Source: Azolla caroliniana (Eukaryota; Plantae; Polypodiophyta). Taken from it: a stretch of DNA of 64,000 nt. The position numbers were made by a program, and so were the translations under genes. The DNA is taken from NCBI GenBank assembly GCA_043228905.1, contig JBHGNT010000002.1, positions 496,001 through 560,000 of the forward strand, written 5' to 3'. Below are positions 13,951 through 27,200 of this stretch, one piece after another (the first letter of the stretch is position 1; every line of letters starts with the position of its first letter). Below the pieces are notes generated by a model. The model did no database searches and was not told where the DNA came from. It saw only the letters and a list, made by a program, of their open reading frames with translations.

Positions 13951-15282
13951 TCTTCTCTGTCTTCTTCCCCCTTCTGTTTCTTCACGACTTGTCTTTCTGT
14001 TTTACCTTTCTCCTTCTCCTCCTCCGTCGTGTATTTATTCGTCTTTCAGATTGTTTTTCCTGATGCAGAATGTCGTCTAGGGACAGCGAACCTCGTGTAA
14101 GCCTATATATCTGTAATTAGCGCTAATTATAGCTTTTTGCTCACCTTCTAAATGTAGCAAACCATCCATAACTGACACCAAACCCCAAGCGAAGAATATA
14201 CATATATTGATCGTTCTCGTTATATACTACGTACATGATACATCCATCAATCATGTCCTTCTCCTCCTCTATTTCTCTCCTTCTCTCTCCTAGAAGATTC
14301 CCATAAGAAGAGTACCTTGGACAACTTTGTATGTCCAACTTCCAAGAGTAAAATAAGCGAAATCTTTGTCTGCCTGGGAGTAAAATAAGTGTGCCACTTA
14401 CTCCCGCTCCGACCCTCATGGTTATGCTTGATGCTCCCCGTGTGCTTTTTGCTCATGTGTGATTAAATCTTAATATCAATAGAATGAGGGGGCAAGGATT
14501 TTTATATGTGAACCCTATTTTTCTTATTTTCGTCCCTTCCACATGGACTGTAGAGGGTTTGCATGCTTTTTATATAAAGGGACATTTGTATGCAGTCCAT
14601 GAAAAACCAAGGTCATGATATTCAACATTGGCCGAGCATGAATAACTAGAACAAATTGTCCATAACTTCCTTACATGGAAACATTCACTATAATGATAAT
14701 GTCTATGGTTATCAATTATTGAACATTTGTATGTGTGACTTAGACTTGTGGTTCTATTCATAGTAATCCAAGGCTCAACTCTCACGCTTCTTTTTTTGCC
14801 CTAATTACTAGATGACATTGTGGAATTTAGGGGTTGAATGCATGACCTCTTAGTCTCCATAGAACAACCTTACCAACTAAGCTACAACCTTCTCACCTTT
14901 TGCATTTTTCATTGTCAAAGGAACAATTCGCTACAAGAACATTACGATATGACTTTCAGAATATTTGAAAACTAGAAATTGAGATGGTCATTTTGAGTAC
15001 TTGCATTGCTTAAATCAAACATTTGAGATGAAAGTTGTTAGTAAAACAAGCTAAAGTAGAATTGTGAACCATTGATATAATATGCTAAACATTGCTCCTA
15101 GAAATTTGAGATAACTTCCAATATGGCTTGAAGGGTGTCAAAGGCGGTTGATGAGGTGCCGAAAAATTCTCATGGAAGCTCACATTCATTGTCCATTGAA
15201 ACAATTGCAACCATGCGTATGTCTTTACAAAAAACAATGATAAATTTGCAAAATGAAAGTACATGCTTATAATTAGACGGAA

Positions 15283-16350
15283 ATGATGTTTCAACATACG
15301 ATGGATTTGGAAGCAACGGAGATTAAAAATTTGAAAGAGGAGCTACTTGCTATGAAGAAAACACCATTGCAACTCCAATATACTCACATGCATGAACTAG
15401 AGACCAAAATGACAATCTTAGAAGTCGAGAAAGAATCACTACTCAAGGCCAATGTTGAAATGCAATATAGCCTTTAGGAAAAAGAAGATACAAGCATGGC
15501 AAAATGGAAACATATCCTCGTTAAGAATACACCAAAAGAAAATGGCAATGAATTTTATGCACTCAAATCTACTTCAAAGAATGCATTAGATACCAAAGAG
15601 CTATATGAAGAGAGGAATGGGAAGCAAAGCGTAGTTATTAATTAGAGGGATGCAAGAAGAAGAAGAAGAAGAAGAGCCGGAGAATATCGCATGAATATCA
15701 AAAAATATTTGAAGATCATTTTGCTATGGATAATATGGAGCACATAAAGTTGTTAGAAGAGGCCAGAGGGAGAATAATGTTGAACCAATATTTATTGCGC
15801 AATCATAGATGATAGGAAAAGAGGTGTTAGTTTCGATAGTAGCAAATTGTGCCTAAAGGGTACAAAATTCGTTGTATCAGAATATCAAATAGCAACAACG
15901 GGGCAAAAATGAAGAACGCAAGCCTATGCAACCAGAGATGGAACTCAAAACGCATAACAAGTGGTGACTTATGGGATTACCTTAAGAATGAAAATCATGT
16001 TTTGGAATTGTAGAGGATATCCGTGGAATAAATATAATTGTATACATATTACATTTTTTGTTGAAAATAGGGAATATGAAAACAATTGTATATATGATAA
16101 CATGAATAAATATGGTTCCATGCAAGAAGTAATAGTGGGCTAACATGAGTGGCATGTATTTATCGTGATTAATACAAAAGTTATGAGTGGGTTGAAATGA
16201 AACAATGTAAAGGTAAACTTTATTGGGTATGTTGTCACATTTCTCATAGAGAGTCCAACAACTATAATTTGTATGAGCCATATCATGATGATCCTTTTTA
16301 AATAATAAGTATGATGGGTTGTTAGAGAGGCACGATACTTTAAATATCAT
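15283..16350 (+). mobile_element. Degenerate LINE remnant (ORF1 coiled-coil fragment and start of the ORF2 endonuclease)
   Basis: MKIMFWNCRGYPWN (~15988) matches the APE N-terminal WNxRG motif. It is preceded by a broken coiled-coil ORF1-like frame and contains many stops. Confidence 0.6.
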
Positions 16351-17306
16351 ACTTAAATCTCAACTAAGAAGAGTGAGCACATATGTGCGCATTGTTTTCA
16401 CATAGAGAGTCTTTACTACAAAGTAGTAACCCCCAATCAGACTTTGGAAGGAGTCACTTACAAGGTGATATGTTTATTTAGTCCCATAGGTCAACATTTC
16501 CATTCTATTATTTGTGGCTAGCCATGTTGGTGTTTATAGAAATTCCCTTGCAAGTTGCGCTTTCCATTCTATTCTTTGTCTCTACCCTTGTTGGTATTTA
16601 TAGAACTTCCCTCTTGCACTATCCGATCTAGCCTTGTTGGTGTTTCTATATCCTCCCTTGTGTTGTCCTATGATCATGTGTACGAGATGATTACTTGAAG
16701 GGATTTCGTTGTACCTCGCATCGATTGATGCGTCTTTGCCAATATTGTCTGAGTTCATTGGATTTAACATTGATAATTGGAAACTCTCAATTGCGATTGG
16801 CCTCGAGATTGCTTGCACAATAATCCGTTTCTTTGTCTTGAGGAGATTTCCCAACTTGGTCATTCTACATAACCTCGATGGTTGTATCATTATTGTTGGA
16901 GCACACACATCAAGTGAAAACATTTCATTTTGGTCTTGTAGATCATATTTGACATCCAAGGAATATTATAAAAGCTATAAATCATTCATCTTGAGGACTG
17001 TAATAAAATCTATTAATTATTTATTTAGCCTTGACGGGGATGATGGAGAGAGTGAGATGAGATATACAAATGTGTGGGCGTGAGTTTGTTCATATACACA
17101 CAACACCCCAATTCATGTTCAATTATATATATGTATGGGCGGGGGGGGGCATTCACCTGAATGCATGCATTCATTAGTAGTTACGTTATTGATGGAATGC
17201 ACCGAAATGTCACAGAAAATGCATAGCTAGCTAACTACTAAAAAATGATTACAGGGATGGGATTTTGTTATCTATGTATATATATATGTATTTATTCTTT
17301 TGTTAG

Positions 17307-18977
17307 TTATGTAGCTGAGATTTGGAGCCAAGCCGCAGAAGCGCTGGGGATGCCCGCATTCTCGACAAAGAGCATGTAGTAGCTTGGTGGGGCAATGGTG
17401 TCCTTTTGAGGCGTGAGGACGGTGAGGGTGTAGGATGATCCGTCTCCCACTGCAACTTGGCGCTTCACTTTGAGGCGCAGGAAGCGCAAGCCCTGCGAGT
17501 AGGAATGCGTGGTGAAAGGCGAGCTTATCAGATTCACGCCCATCTTCTTGGCCGCCGCGTTCTTCAGCTTCACCACCACTTTGAAGCAACATCCGTAGCC
17601 CACTGTTGCAGGTGCGGACGTTATGGTCGGCCGATCCCCGTCGTTCTGGGCGTCTCGGTAAGCCGGATAGAATGCCTCCACCCGCAGCTCTGTCGGGAAG
17701 CTCCCGGAGAAGGTGTAGAACTGGTGGCTGTTGCTGCCGGCCACCAGGACGCTGCCGTCTGGCAACAGGTTGGCGGTGGAATGGTAAACTCTGGGTATTG
17801 TGGTGGCTGCTTGGCTGATGAAACGACTCCCTGCGGATGCGCTGGGGCTGTACACAAGCGGCGAGAGCGTAGGATTCACAGCATTGCCCCAGCCCTGGCA
17901 GCCGTTCTGCGCACCGTTGATGATGAGCACCTCCCCGTTGGCGAGGAACAGCATATCCCCCATTGTCCGTGCAACCGGCATGGTCTCCATCGACCACTTG
18001 GGGCTGCTGGACGTCACCACAATTCGACCACACGTTTGAGAGGCTTTGGGGAAAGGGGCGGGATACAGATAGCAATAGAGCTGAGCCCCGCCGCAGACGA
18101 GAACCTCCACTTTCTTGAACTTGTTGGCGGCGGTGAGCGGCAGCATGACGGAGGACCCGGCGGAGGGGTAGTTGCGAGGCTCGCCGGGGATCCTGGGCAA
18201 CGTCTTCACCACCTTGGAGGTGCGGTAATCGTAGACGATGGAGTCGCGGTTGGCGAAGATGAAGAGGTTGCCATCCGGCAGGAGGTAGAGGAAAGGGTAG
18301 AGGTTGTCATTCTGGGCGTCGTTGGTGTCATTGAGCAGAGGCAGGAACGTTTTCCCGGTACCAGCAGGGGGGATGAACTCATAGGTGAAGACGCCGCGCC
18401 CGCCCACCACGATCTGGCGGCCGTCGGGAAGGAGCTGATTGCTGGCATACCAACGCCCATCCTGGAGGTACATGTCCGTGGATTCAACCCAGTCGCATGA
18501 TTGGGCAGGATCGCAGGGAGTGAAGGTCCGAACTCGGAACAGACCGTCGTTGTCACCGCCTGTCTGAACGAGGGTGCCATTGGGGGTGAACTGGCCGGAG
18601 GAGCACCAGGTGTCGGTGAAGATGAAGAGGGGGCGGACGGAGCTGGAGGTGCCATTAGGGGTGAAGAGAACAGAGTGAGCGGTGCAGTCGTGGGTGAGGA
18701 TGTAATCGAGGGGGTTATCACGGCATCGAGTGGCGTTGATGAGGGAGGGGCCGACGTTGGTACGATCCAGGAAGATGACAGTGCCGTAGTGCGTGACGGC
18801 GGTGTGCATGGACGCGATCCCAGCATTAGATAGGAGGAGGGACCATCGGCCAGGAGGATCCGCAGCTGCTGCTGCTGCTGCTGCAACAATCACACCAGGG
18901 ACTACTGTACAATGAATAATGACCACCACCACTACGGTAACCACCAGAATGGCACACCTAGTATTAGATAGGACCAT
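17307..18977 (-). CDS. Glyoxal oxidase / aldehyde oxidase GLOX-like copper radical oxidase (CAZy AA5), intronless, probably secreted
   Basis: Hydrophobic N-terminus after ATG 18977. Motifs: GIASMH, DTWCSSG, RWYASNQLLPDG, NLYPF, RNYPSAGSSVMLPL, RVYHSTANLLPDG, FTTHS and a C-terminal APPSYYMLF (DUF1929-like). The ORF track starts earlier at GTG 19061. Confidence 0.95.
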   Translation of the reverse strand: MVLSNTRCAILVVTVVVVVIIHCTVVPGVIVAAAAAAAADPPGRWSLLLSNAGIASMHTAVTHYGTVIFLDRTNVGPSLINATRCRDNPLDYILTHDCTAHSVLFTPNGTSSSVRPLFIFTDTWCSSGQFTPNGTLVQTGGDNDGLFRVRTFTPCDPAQSCDWVESTDMYLQDGRWYASNQLLPDGRQIVVGGRGVFTYEFIPPAGTGKTFLPLLNDTNDAQNDNLYPFLYLLPDGNLFIFANRDSIVYDYRTSKVVKTLPRIPGEPRNYPSAGSSVMLPLTAANKFKKVEVLVCGGAQLYCYLYPAPFPKASQTCGRIVVTSSSPKWSMETMPVARTMGDMLFLANGEVLIINGAQNGCQGWGNAVNPTLSPLVYSPSASAGSRFISQAATTIPRVYHSTANLLPDGSVLVAGSNSHQFYTFSGSFPTELRVEAFYPAYRDAQNDGDRPTITSAPATVGYGCCFKVVVKLKNAAAKKMGVNLISSPFTTHSYSQGLRFLRLKVKRQVAVGDGSSYTLTVLTPQKDTIAPPSYYMLFVENAGIPSASAAWLQISAT

Positions 18978-21304
18978 GTTTCTCGTAGCCTCGTTGATGA
19001 TGAGTGGCGCGCTGAACCTTGATAATGTATGTTTCAGGGTGCCCACAATCGAATCACCCACCCGAAGTTATGTGTGTACGTACGTATGTATGTATATACA
19101 CATATATATATATATGTACATATAACAAAGTCTATTTAGTCGCTAATGTCAAGCACCATTGATTCAACCGCCCTCTCCCTCCCTTATCCTTCTTCCACAC
19201 AAAAAAAGTCTCCTTCCGTTGCTAATATATATATATATATATATATGTATGATCAGATTTTGCGTTTTTATAAAGCATATTTGCAAAGAAAGACTTTGTG
19301 AAGCTTTTCTTTCTCTTCGTTTCGGTCAGAAAACCAGATCCGCATAGCTCTTCCCTCCTCTGCCTCTTCTTCCATTTTTAAGTTTTCCAGTGTTTTTCGT
19401 CGCAAACGGACAGCGATGCCTGCCCAATGCCCATTACCTCCTCGCCTTTCCACTTCTGCCTTTTCTTCTCTTTTCCCATTTCCCGCCTTTTCGCATAGTT
19501 GATGTGTGCACGATCCATTTTTTATGATTTATATAGAGAGGATGAGAGTGAAAAGAGCTATGTGTACAATTGAATTCCTGTGATCATGATAACACCAAAT
19601 ACATAATCGTAATGGCCAACCCAACCCACCCTACCCCATCATTTGATCATATCCCAGTGCCACCTCACTGAAGGAGACGGACACAATTTAAAATAGAATT
19701 CGACGAGCCATTACCTAAAAAAGTAATACATATTGGTATTATTCCCCTTGCTCTCGACAATGCCAGGAAGGGAAGGTGTGGTGACGAGTGAATCACATTC
19801 CACCATTTCAATGTGGGATTCTAAATAAAGTCAAAAGAGAAAAAAATAAAATTGTGCGTGTAGATGAGTTCCAACAAGAGCAATGAGAGGTTTAAACCTT
19901 CGATGAGTAAAAGTGGAACTTTTTAAACTCATCTCTCTCTTATGTTACGTTCAACAAAATGTGCAATCAAGAGAGTGCAAACAAGGTTCGCTTGATCGTG
20001 TCATTTATTGATCAACATTTATTACACTCGTTATTTAATTGTTGTAGCTTGATTCAATTTGGCTTTCTCACCCATCTACACTTCCGATGTCCACTGGCAA
20101 CACTTTGTCTCTACTTCAAGTTGCCTTGAAATCACATTTTCGCATAACCTCACAAAGTCTTCATACTTGAGTGACAAGGCTATGATGCTATCTCAACGCC
20201 TAACTTGTGCGAGCAAGTTCGAAGAAGTGTTAAGGCTCTTCAAGGGCGAGGGCTCAAGGGGGGTAGTAATATGTCTACTCAAGGCTAGCCTCCTAGTAGG
20301 TCTCATGCGGTTCCTTTACTCTCATTTATTATCACATCTTATTATTTCTTGATCTTATCTCATCATGCATGTACATGTTGTGCATGAGTGTGTGTTTGTG
20401 TGTGAGAGAGATTTTATTATTGTCTCCAAAGGTCAAATATGGCCCATGATACCAAAATATATAGCATTTTTCACATAGTGCATGTGAAAGTGAGTAGCAA
20501 CTATTTTGAGTCTCGAGAATGTTACTAATAAATGTATTATGTCCCAATCAAGAGTGCACATTGTGATTGTTAAGATAAATTCATGCAATCTTGGTTTGGT
20601 CGAAGTTGAGCGGAAACATATGTAATGAGGTGCAACATATGTGGTATAATGTGTGATGTGGGAGCCTAAAAGGCCTAATTCACAAAGGAATCTATTGATG
20701 CAACATGAAGCAAGTGTTGCAACCCATCTTCTAAGTTCTAATCCACTTTTCTATATCATGCATATAACTTGAACCAGATACAAACTATCTATATAAGCAA
20801 TATAATTATACAATGAATGCAATGAAACAAAAGAGGGGATGGAATATTACATGGTGTTTGCTCTCACAACCTTCTCAATGTCATACTATAAGGGAGTGGG
20901 ATATATAATATCCTTATTCTTGCTAGTCACTTGTGACAATGTGACAATAATAGTTATTCCTTATTATAAGGAATAGTTAATTTGGCAAGGAGGATGTGAA
21001 CTTTAATGCAAATAGGTGCACCCACCACACATGTTGGATATATGTAATTGATTTTGATTCTCGACATTGTATTTCCTGTTTTTTAATCATTTTAGATACA
21101 TTCAAAATCAATGTCTCGCATTGCAATACCCTTTTCAGATTTAGGGAAAATACGCCTCAATGCGCTTCATCCTTGCATGGAGATATCTACACACATAAAT
21201 CTTTATTCACATATAATTTCCCGTATAAGTATACACTACTTGAACATACATATACACGGATATTTGTGTCTACGCACAAAAAATACACAACAAGGAAATA
21301 AATA

Positions 21305-21460
21305 GGGAAAAGTACCAGGATACCCCTGGAAGTTCGTCTATTTACCTGAATGCCCCTAGAAGTTCCAAATTTACCAAACTACCCCTATGTCCAAAAAAAT
21401 ACACTTTATAAAGTAATTATACACTCAAATCTACAAGCCCTATTTACCAAAATATCCTTC
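21305..21460. mobile_element. Possible Mutator-like terminal repeat remnant
   Basis: Starts gggaaaagtacc and carries recurring (t)ttacc-N6-7-cccct subrepeats. No partner end was identified. Confidence 0.35.
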
Positions 21461-21583
21461 AAACACAAATTCTTTACGTATGCGATTCTTTGGGTCCTTT
21501 GTACCTAACAGTGTAGTCTATCTTTTCTTTCTTGTTCATTAGGTTGATTAATCATCTTCATCATCAAGATCCATAGAAGTTCA

Positions 21584-21586
<3 letters not shown>

Positions 21587-21627
<41 letters not shown>
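21587..21627. repeat. (CT)n microsatellite
   Basis: Perfect dinucleotide run. Confidence 0.95.
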
Positions 21628-21632
<5 letters not shown>

Positions 21633-22901
21633 ACATTCATTCCCCATGTTCTCCACTAAAGACAACTTAAGATACATGCTTTCCTAGAAAAGCATGTTCG
21701 TTTGGACATTATGTGCTTCAAAGCCCCATGATGACTTACTTGAGCATATGCAAGCAAGTTTGATGGACAATGTTATGTGCTAGCACTCATTCGGTTGATT
21801 GGAACCATTTTCAAATTATATTTCATGCGTTGACAAATATATTACCAATATGTTTTCAAAGGTTATTGAGCATGTGTGTCATGTCTTGACAAAATTAATT
21901 TCAACTTGTAAAGTCAAACCTTTTTAAGATCGCTATCTCCACATGAGTTTAGTAATTGTATAACTTTTATAGACCAAATTGGATATACTGAGCAATGACT
22001 TTATTTAATTTGAACTTGGCCGGTTTATTTATTCATCTAATGCATGCAAATGCAGTCACAGGGGAATGGGCTCATCCATCGATGGAGATAACTATAAATT
22101 AATGACTTATTTATGGTTATATTGCATAATTGTGGTTGTGCACAATGAGGTTCTAACATGCAAAGTACTAAAAAATTATGTCTTTTATGTACTTAAGCTC
22201 AATAAGAAGTTAAGTGATGTTGATTGAATATCTACACCTCACATGAAATTGTCAAACATTGTCTTTTCTAACCACCGATGGCTTCACATTGCATTATGCA
22301 ATAGTGAGTGATTTAGTGAAACCATATGAAATTGGGAACTGATCAAGTTAAATATTCACATATCATTGAACATCCAAGAGTGTTGCCCATACAATAGGGA
22401 CATCTACATGTTTGGATAGATCACATTTATGGAGGGTAGTCAATCTACTTAAAGCCGTTGTTTTGATTTAAAGGGCCATTTATGAGCCACTAAACATACG
22501 AGTCAAATTTTTGAGAGGCAAAGCAATTAATGCACATCTCTCGATTTGTCCCCACCATTGGAAACAACATTTTTGTTAAGATTTGTTGAGCGAGCAAGCT
22601 CAACCGGATCCAGATCGGTATCCGGATCTGAGAACCGGATCCGTGTCTGTATAATATACGGAACCAGGAGCCGGATCGAAGACCTGGAGCAGATTAAAAC
22701 CGATAGGCCGTTAGAGGCCTACGGATCCAACCTAGTACGTAGGCATATTTATGGGAGTTAGTGATAGTCGCTCATGTGAGCATTGAAGTACCTGTCAGTA
22801 CTTCTGTAAGTCATTTATGGACTTGCATAAAAGTGCTCTCTCAACAGATTCTATGTATAGAATATTGAGAGTATTATTTTGAATAGAGTTTTTTTTGTTC
22901 T

Positions 22902-22968
<67 letters not shown>

Positions 22969-24201
22969 TATGCTTATTCTCAGTGTTACTATCTGGTAGA
23001 ACCGGTTTGCCAGAAGCTTTCGGACGCTAACTTTAACATGGTATTAGAGTGCGAGGGTTGAGAACCTCTACAGCCGACGAGTGACTAGTGAAGACAAACC
23101 CTAACACCCGGTGAAGAACAGAAGAGAACCTAAGATGGACAGAGGAATGACAAGTTCACTTTCGATGGAAAACCTCGACCGGAGCAACTATGCTTCCTGG
23201 TCATATAAAATGCACCAGTACTTGTTGGGGCATGGTTATTGGAGCTACGTGGAAGGAACCAACGAGGTAGCACCAGAGCTGGCACACAAAGACTTCCTAG
23301 CATGCAAGCAAGGAGCGAGCCAAGTTTTGTATTGCCTCGCCTCTTGTGTGCATGATCAAATGTTCGGCTACATCAAGGATGCAAAAACGCCGAAGGAGGC
23401 CTGGGATAATCTTTGGAAGATTTTTGCCGCAAGTACCACAACCCGTAAATTGCAGCTCCGCCAAGAGTTGAACAACATCCAACAAAGAGATATGTCGGTT
23501 ACGGACTACACCACCAAGATAAAGGAGATTTGTGATGCGCTCGGGTCCATCAATGTGACGGTGGACAAAGCCGAGATGGTTCAAATCTGCCTCGGTGGTC
23601 TAGCGCAATGGTACGAGCCAATCCGGATGACAATTTGCACCTAGGAGAAACCACCATCCTTCTTCGACTTACAATCAATGTTGATGGTCGAAGAAAACCA
23701 CGCGAGTCGGTTGAGGACCACTCAATCGGACAACCGGATGTTGTACATGGAGGCGGATCGATCCCATGGTCTTGGAGGACGAGGTGGGTCGACACAAAAT
23801 GGAGGTGGCCGACAAGAGCAAAACCGAAGGCACAGAGAATACTTTTCCGGCCAATTCAACAGTTATATACAACAGAACGGAATTCGAAGAGAATTCAGAT
23901 GCAGATACACACCGCAGCAAAACGATGTGGCCGAAAGGAAGAACTGGTCGATTGTCGACGCGGCAAGGGCAATGTTGGAGGAGAAGAGCATGCCCCAGTT
24001 CTACTGGGCTAAGGCGGTCCGGACGACCATCTACATCCAAAACCTGATCGGAGATAAGGTGTCAACACATGAGCTGTATTTCGGGCGGAAGCTGAATTTG
24101 AGGCACCTTCGGATATTCGGTAGCATAGCATATGTGCATGTATCGGATGAGAAGCGGAAGAAGCTAGATACAAAGTCGGAGAAGTGCATCCTAGTCGGCT
24201 A

Positions 24202-27200
24202 TGTAGGAAATGAACAAAGCCATCAGTGCGGAAGAGATCACACAGTATGAATCTGTGAGGAAGAAATACCTGTGTATGAGAGAGACAAGAACAAATTACG
24301 TACAAGGAGAGAGAGAGAGAGACAAAGCATATATCTATATTCATAAAGGGGCAACCGTTACAACAATGAACAACCAACCTTACAAAAGGTTACAAAGTCA
24401 CTTTATATAGTGACTCACATAGGGCAACTGCTCTTTATGTTATTTATAGAAATAGCCCGAACTTGGGCTCTCTAAGAGGATAGTGTGAATACGTCCATTA
24501 TACATTTGTATTCGACACTCCCCCGTAATGGGCGTATACATGGGTTATCTAAAAAATATGGGTATAGCCATAGGTTCTCGGACAGGTCGGTTTTGTTCGA
24601 ATCGGCATGATCCGTAGATAGAAGACTGAATTGGTCGAGTCGGAAAAGTTGAAGCCGATCGTCAGTGAACCGATGTCTGTTGTCCAAAACCGTCCTGCAC
24701 TATGTCCGGCTTCAACCAAACCGATATGTTGTTATGCCCATCTGTTGCCGAAGAGATCGGAACCGGTCTGCCGAAAGACACTTAGTCATTCCATCTGCGA
24801 CATTGTCGGTTGTGGATATCTTCTCTAAACCGATTTTCCCGGAAATGACGCAGTCCCGAACGAAGTGATATCGAACTTCGATATGCTTGGAGGCGTTGTG
24901 ATGAACCGGATTTTTCGACAAAGCAACAACACTCTGACTATTGCTGTAGACAACTGGAGCCGAGTCGGAGTCGACTTGCCGAAACGTGTGCGCCAGCCGA
25001 CCGAGCCATAAAGCTTCTTTCGTTGCGTTGGAGGCAGCTACATATTCTGCTTCGGTTGTTGAGGTGGTTGTGCACTCCTGAAGTTTCGACTTCCACGAGA
25101 TTGCTCCATTGCTGAATTTAAAGCAATATCCGATTGTTGACTTGCGACTGTCCACACAGCTGGCGAAGTCCGAGTCGGTGTAACCGGCTACGCCAGAAGT
25201 TGAGTTCGGACCGAAAAGGATGTCGTGGTCTTTTGTGCCAGCTAAATATCTAAACACATGCTTGACTGCGTTCCAGTGCGATCGGCTGGGATTGTGCATA
25301 AATCTACTGATGACTCCTACGACATGAGAAATATTAGGTCGTGTCACGACCATCGCGTACATCAGAGAGCCGGTGCATACGGTACCGACTTCATGTCTTC
25401 CCCCTCCGGGCCGGATGTTGGACAGTCTCGCTGAGAAAGCCGAAGATGAACGGGGAGCGGGGTCGAAGCAGACTTGGCCGATTGCATGTTGAAGCGTTCC
25501 AAGATACGTCCGATGTAGTCGGTTTGAGACAGAAAAAGCTGTCTTTTGGCGCGATTCCAACTAATCTTCATTTCGAATATGTGTCTTGCTGGACCGAGGT
25601 CCTTCATGGCAAACTTCAATCGCAGTTTCCGAACGAGTTCGGTGAGCTCTCTGGTATGCCGACCGGAGAGTAGCATGTCGTCCACGTAGATGATGAGGAA
25701 GACGGGAGAACCGTCTTGAGCTGTTGTGGTGAAGAGGCAGTGGTCCTCATCGCTCTTGGAGAAGCCGACCGACTGGATGAAATCGTCGAACTTCTTATAC
25801 CATTGTCGGGGTGCCTGTTTCATGCCATAAAGACTCTTCCCGAGTCGGCAGACTAGATGTTCCTGACCAGGTGCCACAAAGCCTTTCGGCTGCTCCATGT
25901 AGATTTCCTCCTTTAGATCACCGTGGAGGAATGTCGTTTTCACATCTAGCTGAATCAGCTCCAAATTGTCGGCAACCACAACACCGAGCATGAAACGAAG
26001 GGTTGTCATTTTCACCACTGGTGAAAAGATTTCGTCAAAGTCGACGCCATATTCTTGTCGAAATCCCTTCGCAACTAATCTGGCCTTGTACTTTGGGGTG
26101 GTTGAGTCGGACGTCTCCTTTAGTCTACAGACCCACTTGCAAGGAAGAGCACGTCAATTCTTCGGTAAGTCGACCAGATCCCAAGTCTTGTTGGCGCGGA
26201 TGGAGTGCATTTCCGACTCCATTGCCAGATGCCAGGTGGCTGAATCGGCAACTACCGATGCTTCTTCATAGGACGTCGATTCGCCGGCGTCGGTGAAGAA
26301 AATTCTGGGAGAGTACCTCTCCGGAGGTTGCGACAGTCTCTCGGATCTTCGAGGTATGACTGGACTGGTCACACCGGGTGTCGATGTCAAATGGTTGGAA
26401 GCTGAGCCATTCGGCTGTGCCGAATCTGTGGATTCGGTGTGAGAGAAGTCGGTTACCTGTGAAACCGGTCTCGTGTTGTGTGTTGGGCCGTCATGAAGGG
26501 TTGGCACTTCGGAAAATATTACCCTTTGGACTTCAATAGGCCTTTCGGCCGTTTTCTGCATAGTCGACTCGTTGAACACGACGTCTGAACTTCGGATGAT
26601 TTGCCTGTGCACGGGGTCCCAGAGTCGGTATCTGATCTCGCCGTCGGGTCCATACTCGAGGAAAACGCATTTCCTTGATCTCGGTTCGAGTTTTCGGCGG
26701 TCGTCTTTCGGTTTGAGGGCGTATGCCTCGCAACCGAAAATCCTCAGCTTATCATAATTCGGCTTTCTACCGGTCCATATTTCCTGTGGTATCCTAAGTC
26801 CTAGAGGTCTACTTGGTGACATATTGATTATGTGTATTGCCGTGAGTAGAGTCGTCAATGAAACTGACAAAGTACGAGGCACCACCGAGTGACTGATGTG
26901 GCATCGGGCCACAGACGTCCGAGTGGACCAAATCGAGCGGGCTCGACTCTCTTGGTGCTGATGTCGGGTGTGATGCGGCTACTTGTTTGCCATACTGGCA
27001 ATGCTCGCAAAACTGATGGTCTGAGAAGGAGAGTTTCGGGATGTATCCGGCTCTGGATAGGTGCGTGATGCCGGCCTTGCTGAGGTGTCCAAGTCGTCCA
27101 TGCCATAAGGATGACACATGGATATCTACTAGAAATAAGTCACCCTCTCTTAGTGTGACATACAAAGGGTACAATGAGTGTACCTTTGGTCCTCTAGCAA

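Noticed and set aside
17272-18889. Long overlapping ORFs (347, 267, 227 aa) at GLOX
   Set aside because: Explained by high GC3, which depletes stops in other frames. No recognisable domains.
22604-22730. CCGGAT/GGATCC short-repeat cluster
   Set aside because: Part of the outer copia LTR (also at 32076-32190). It has no spacers and is not CRISPR-like.
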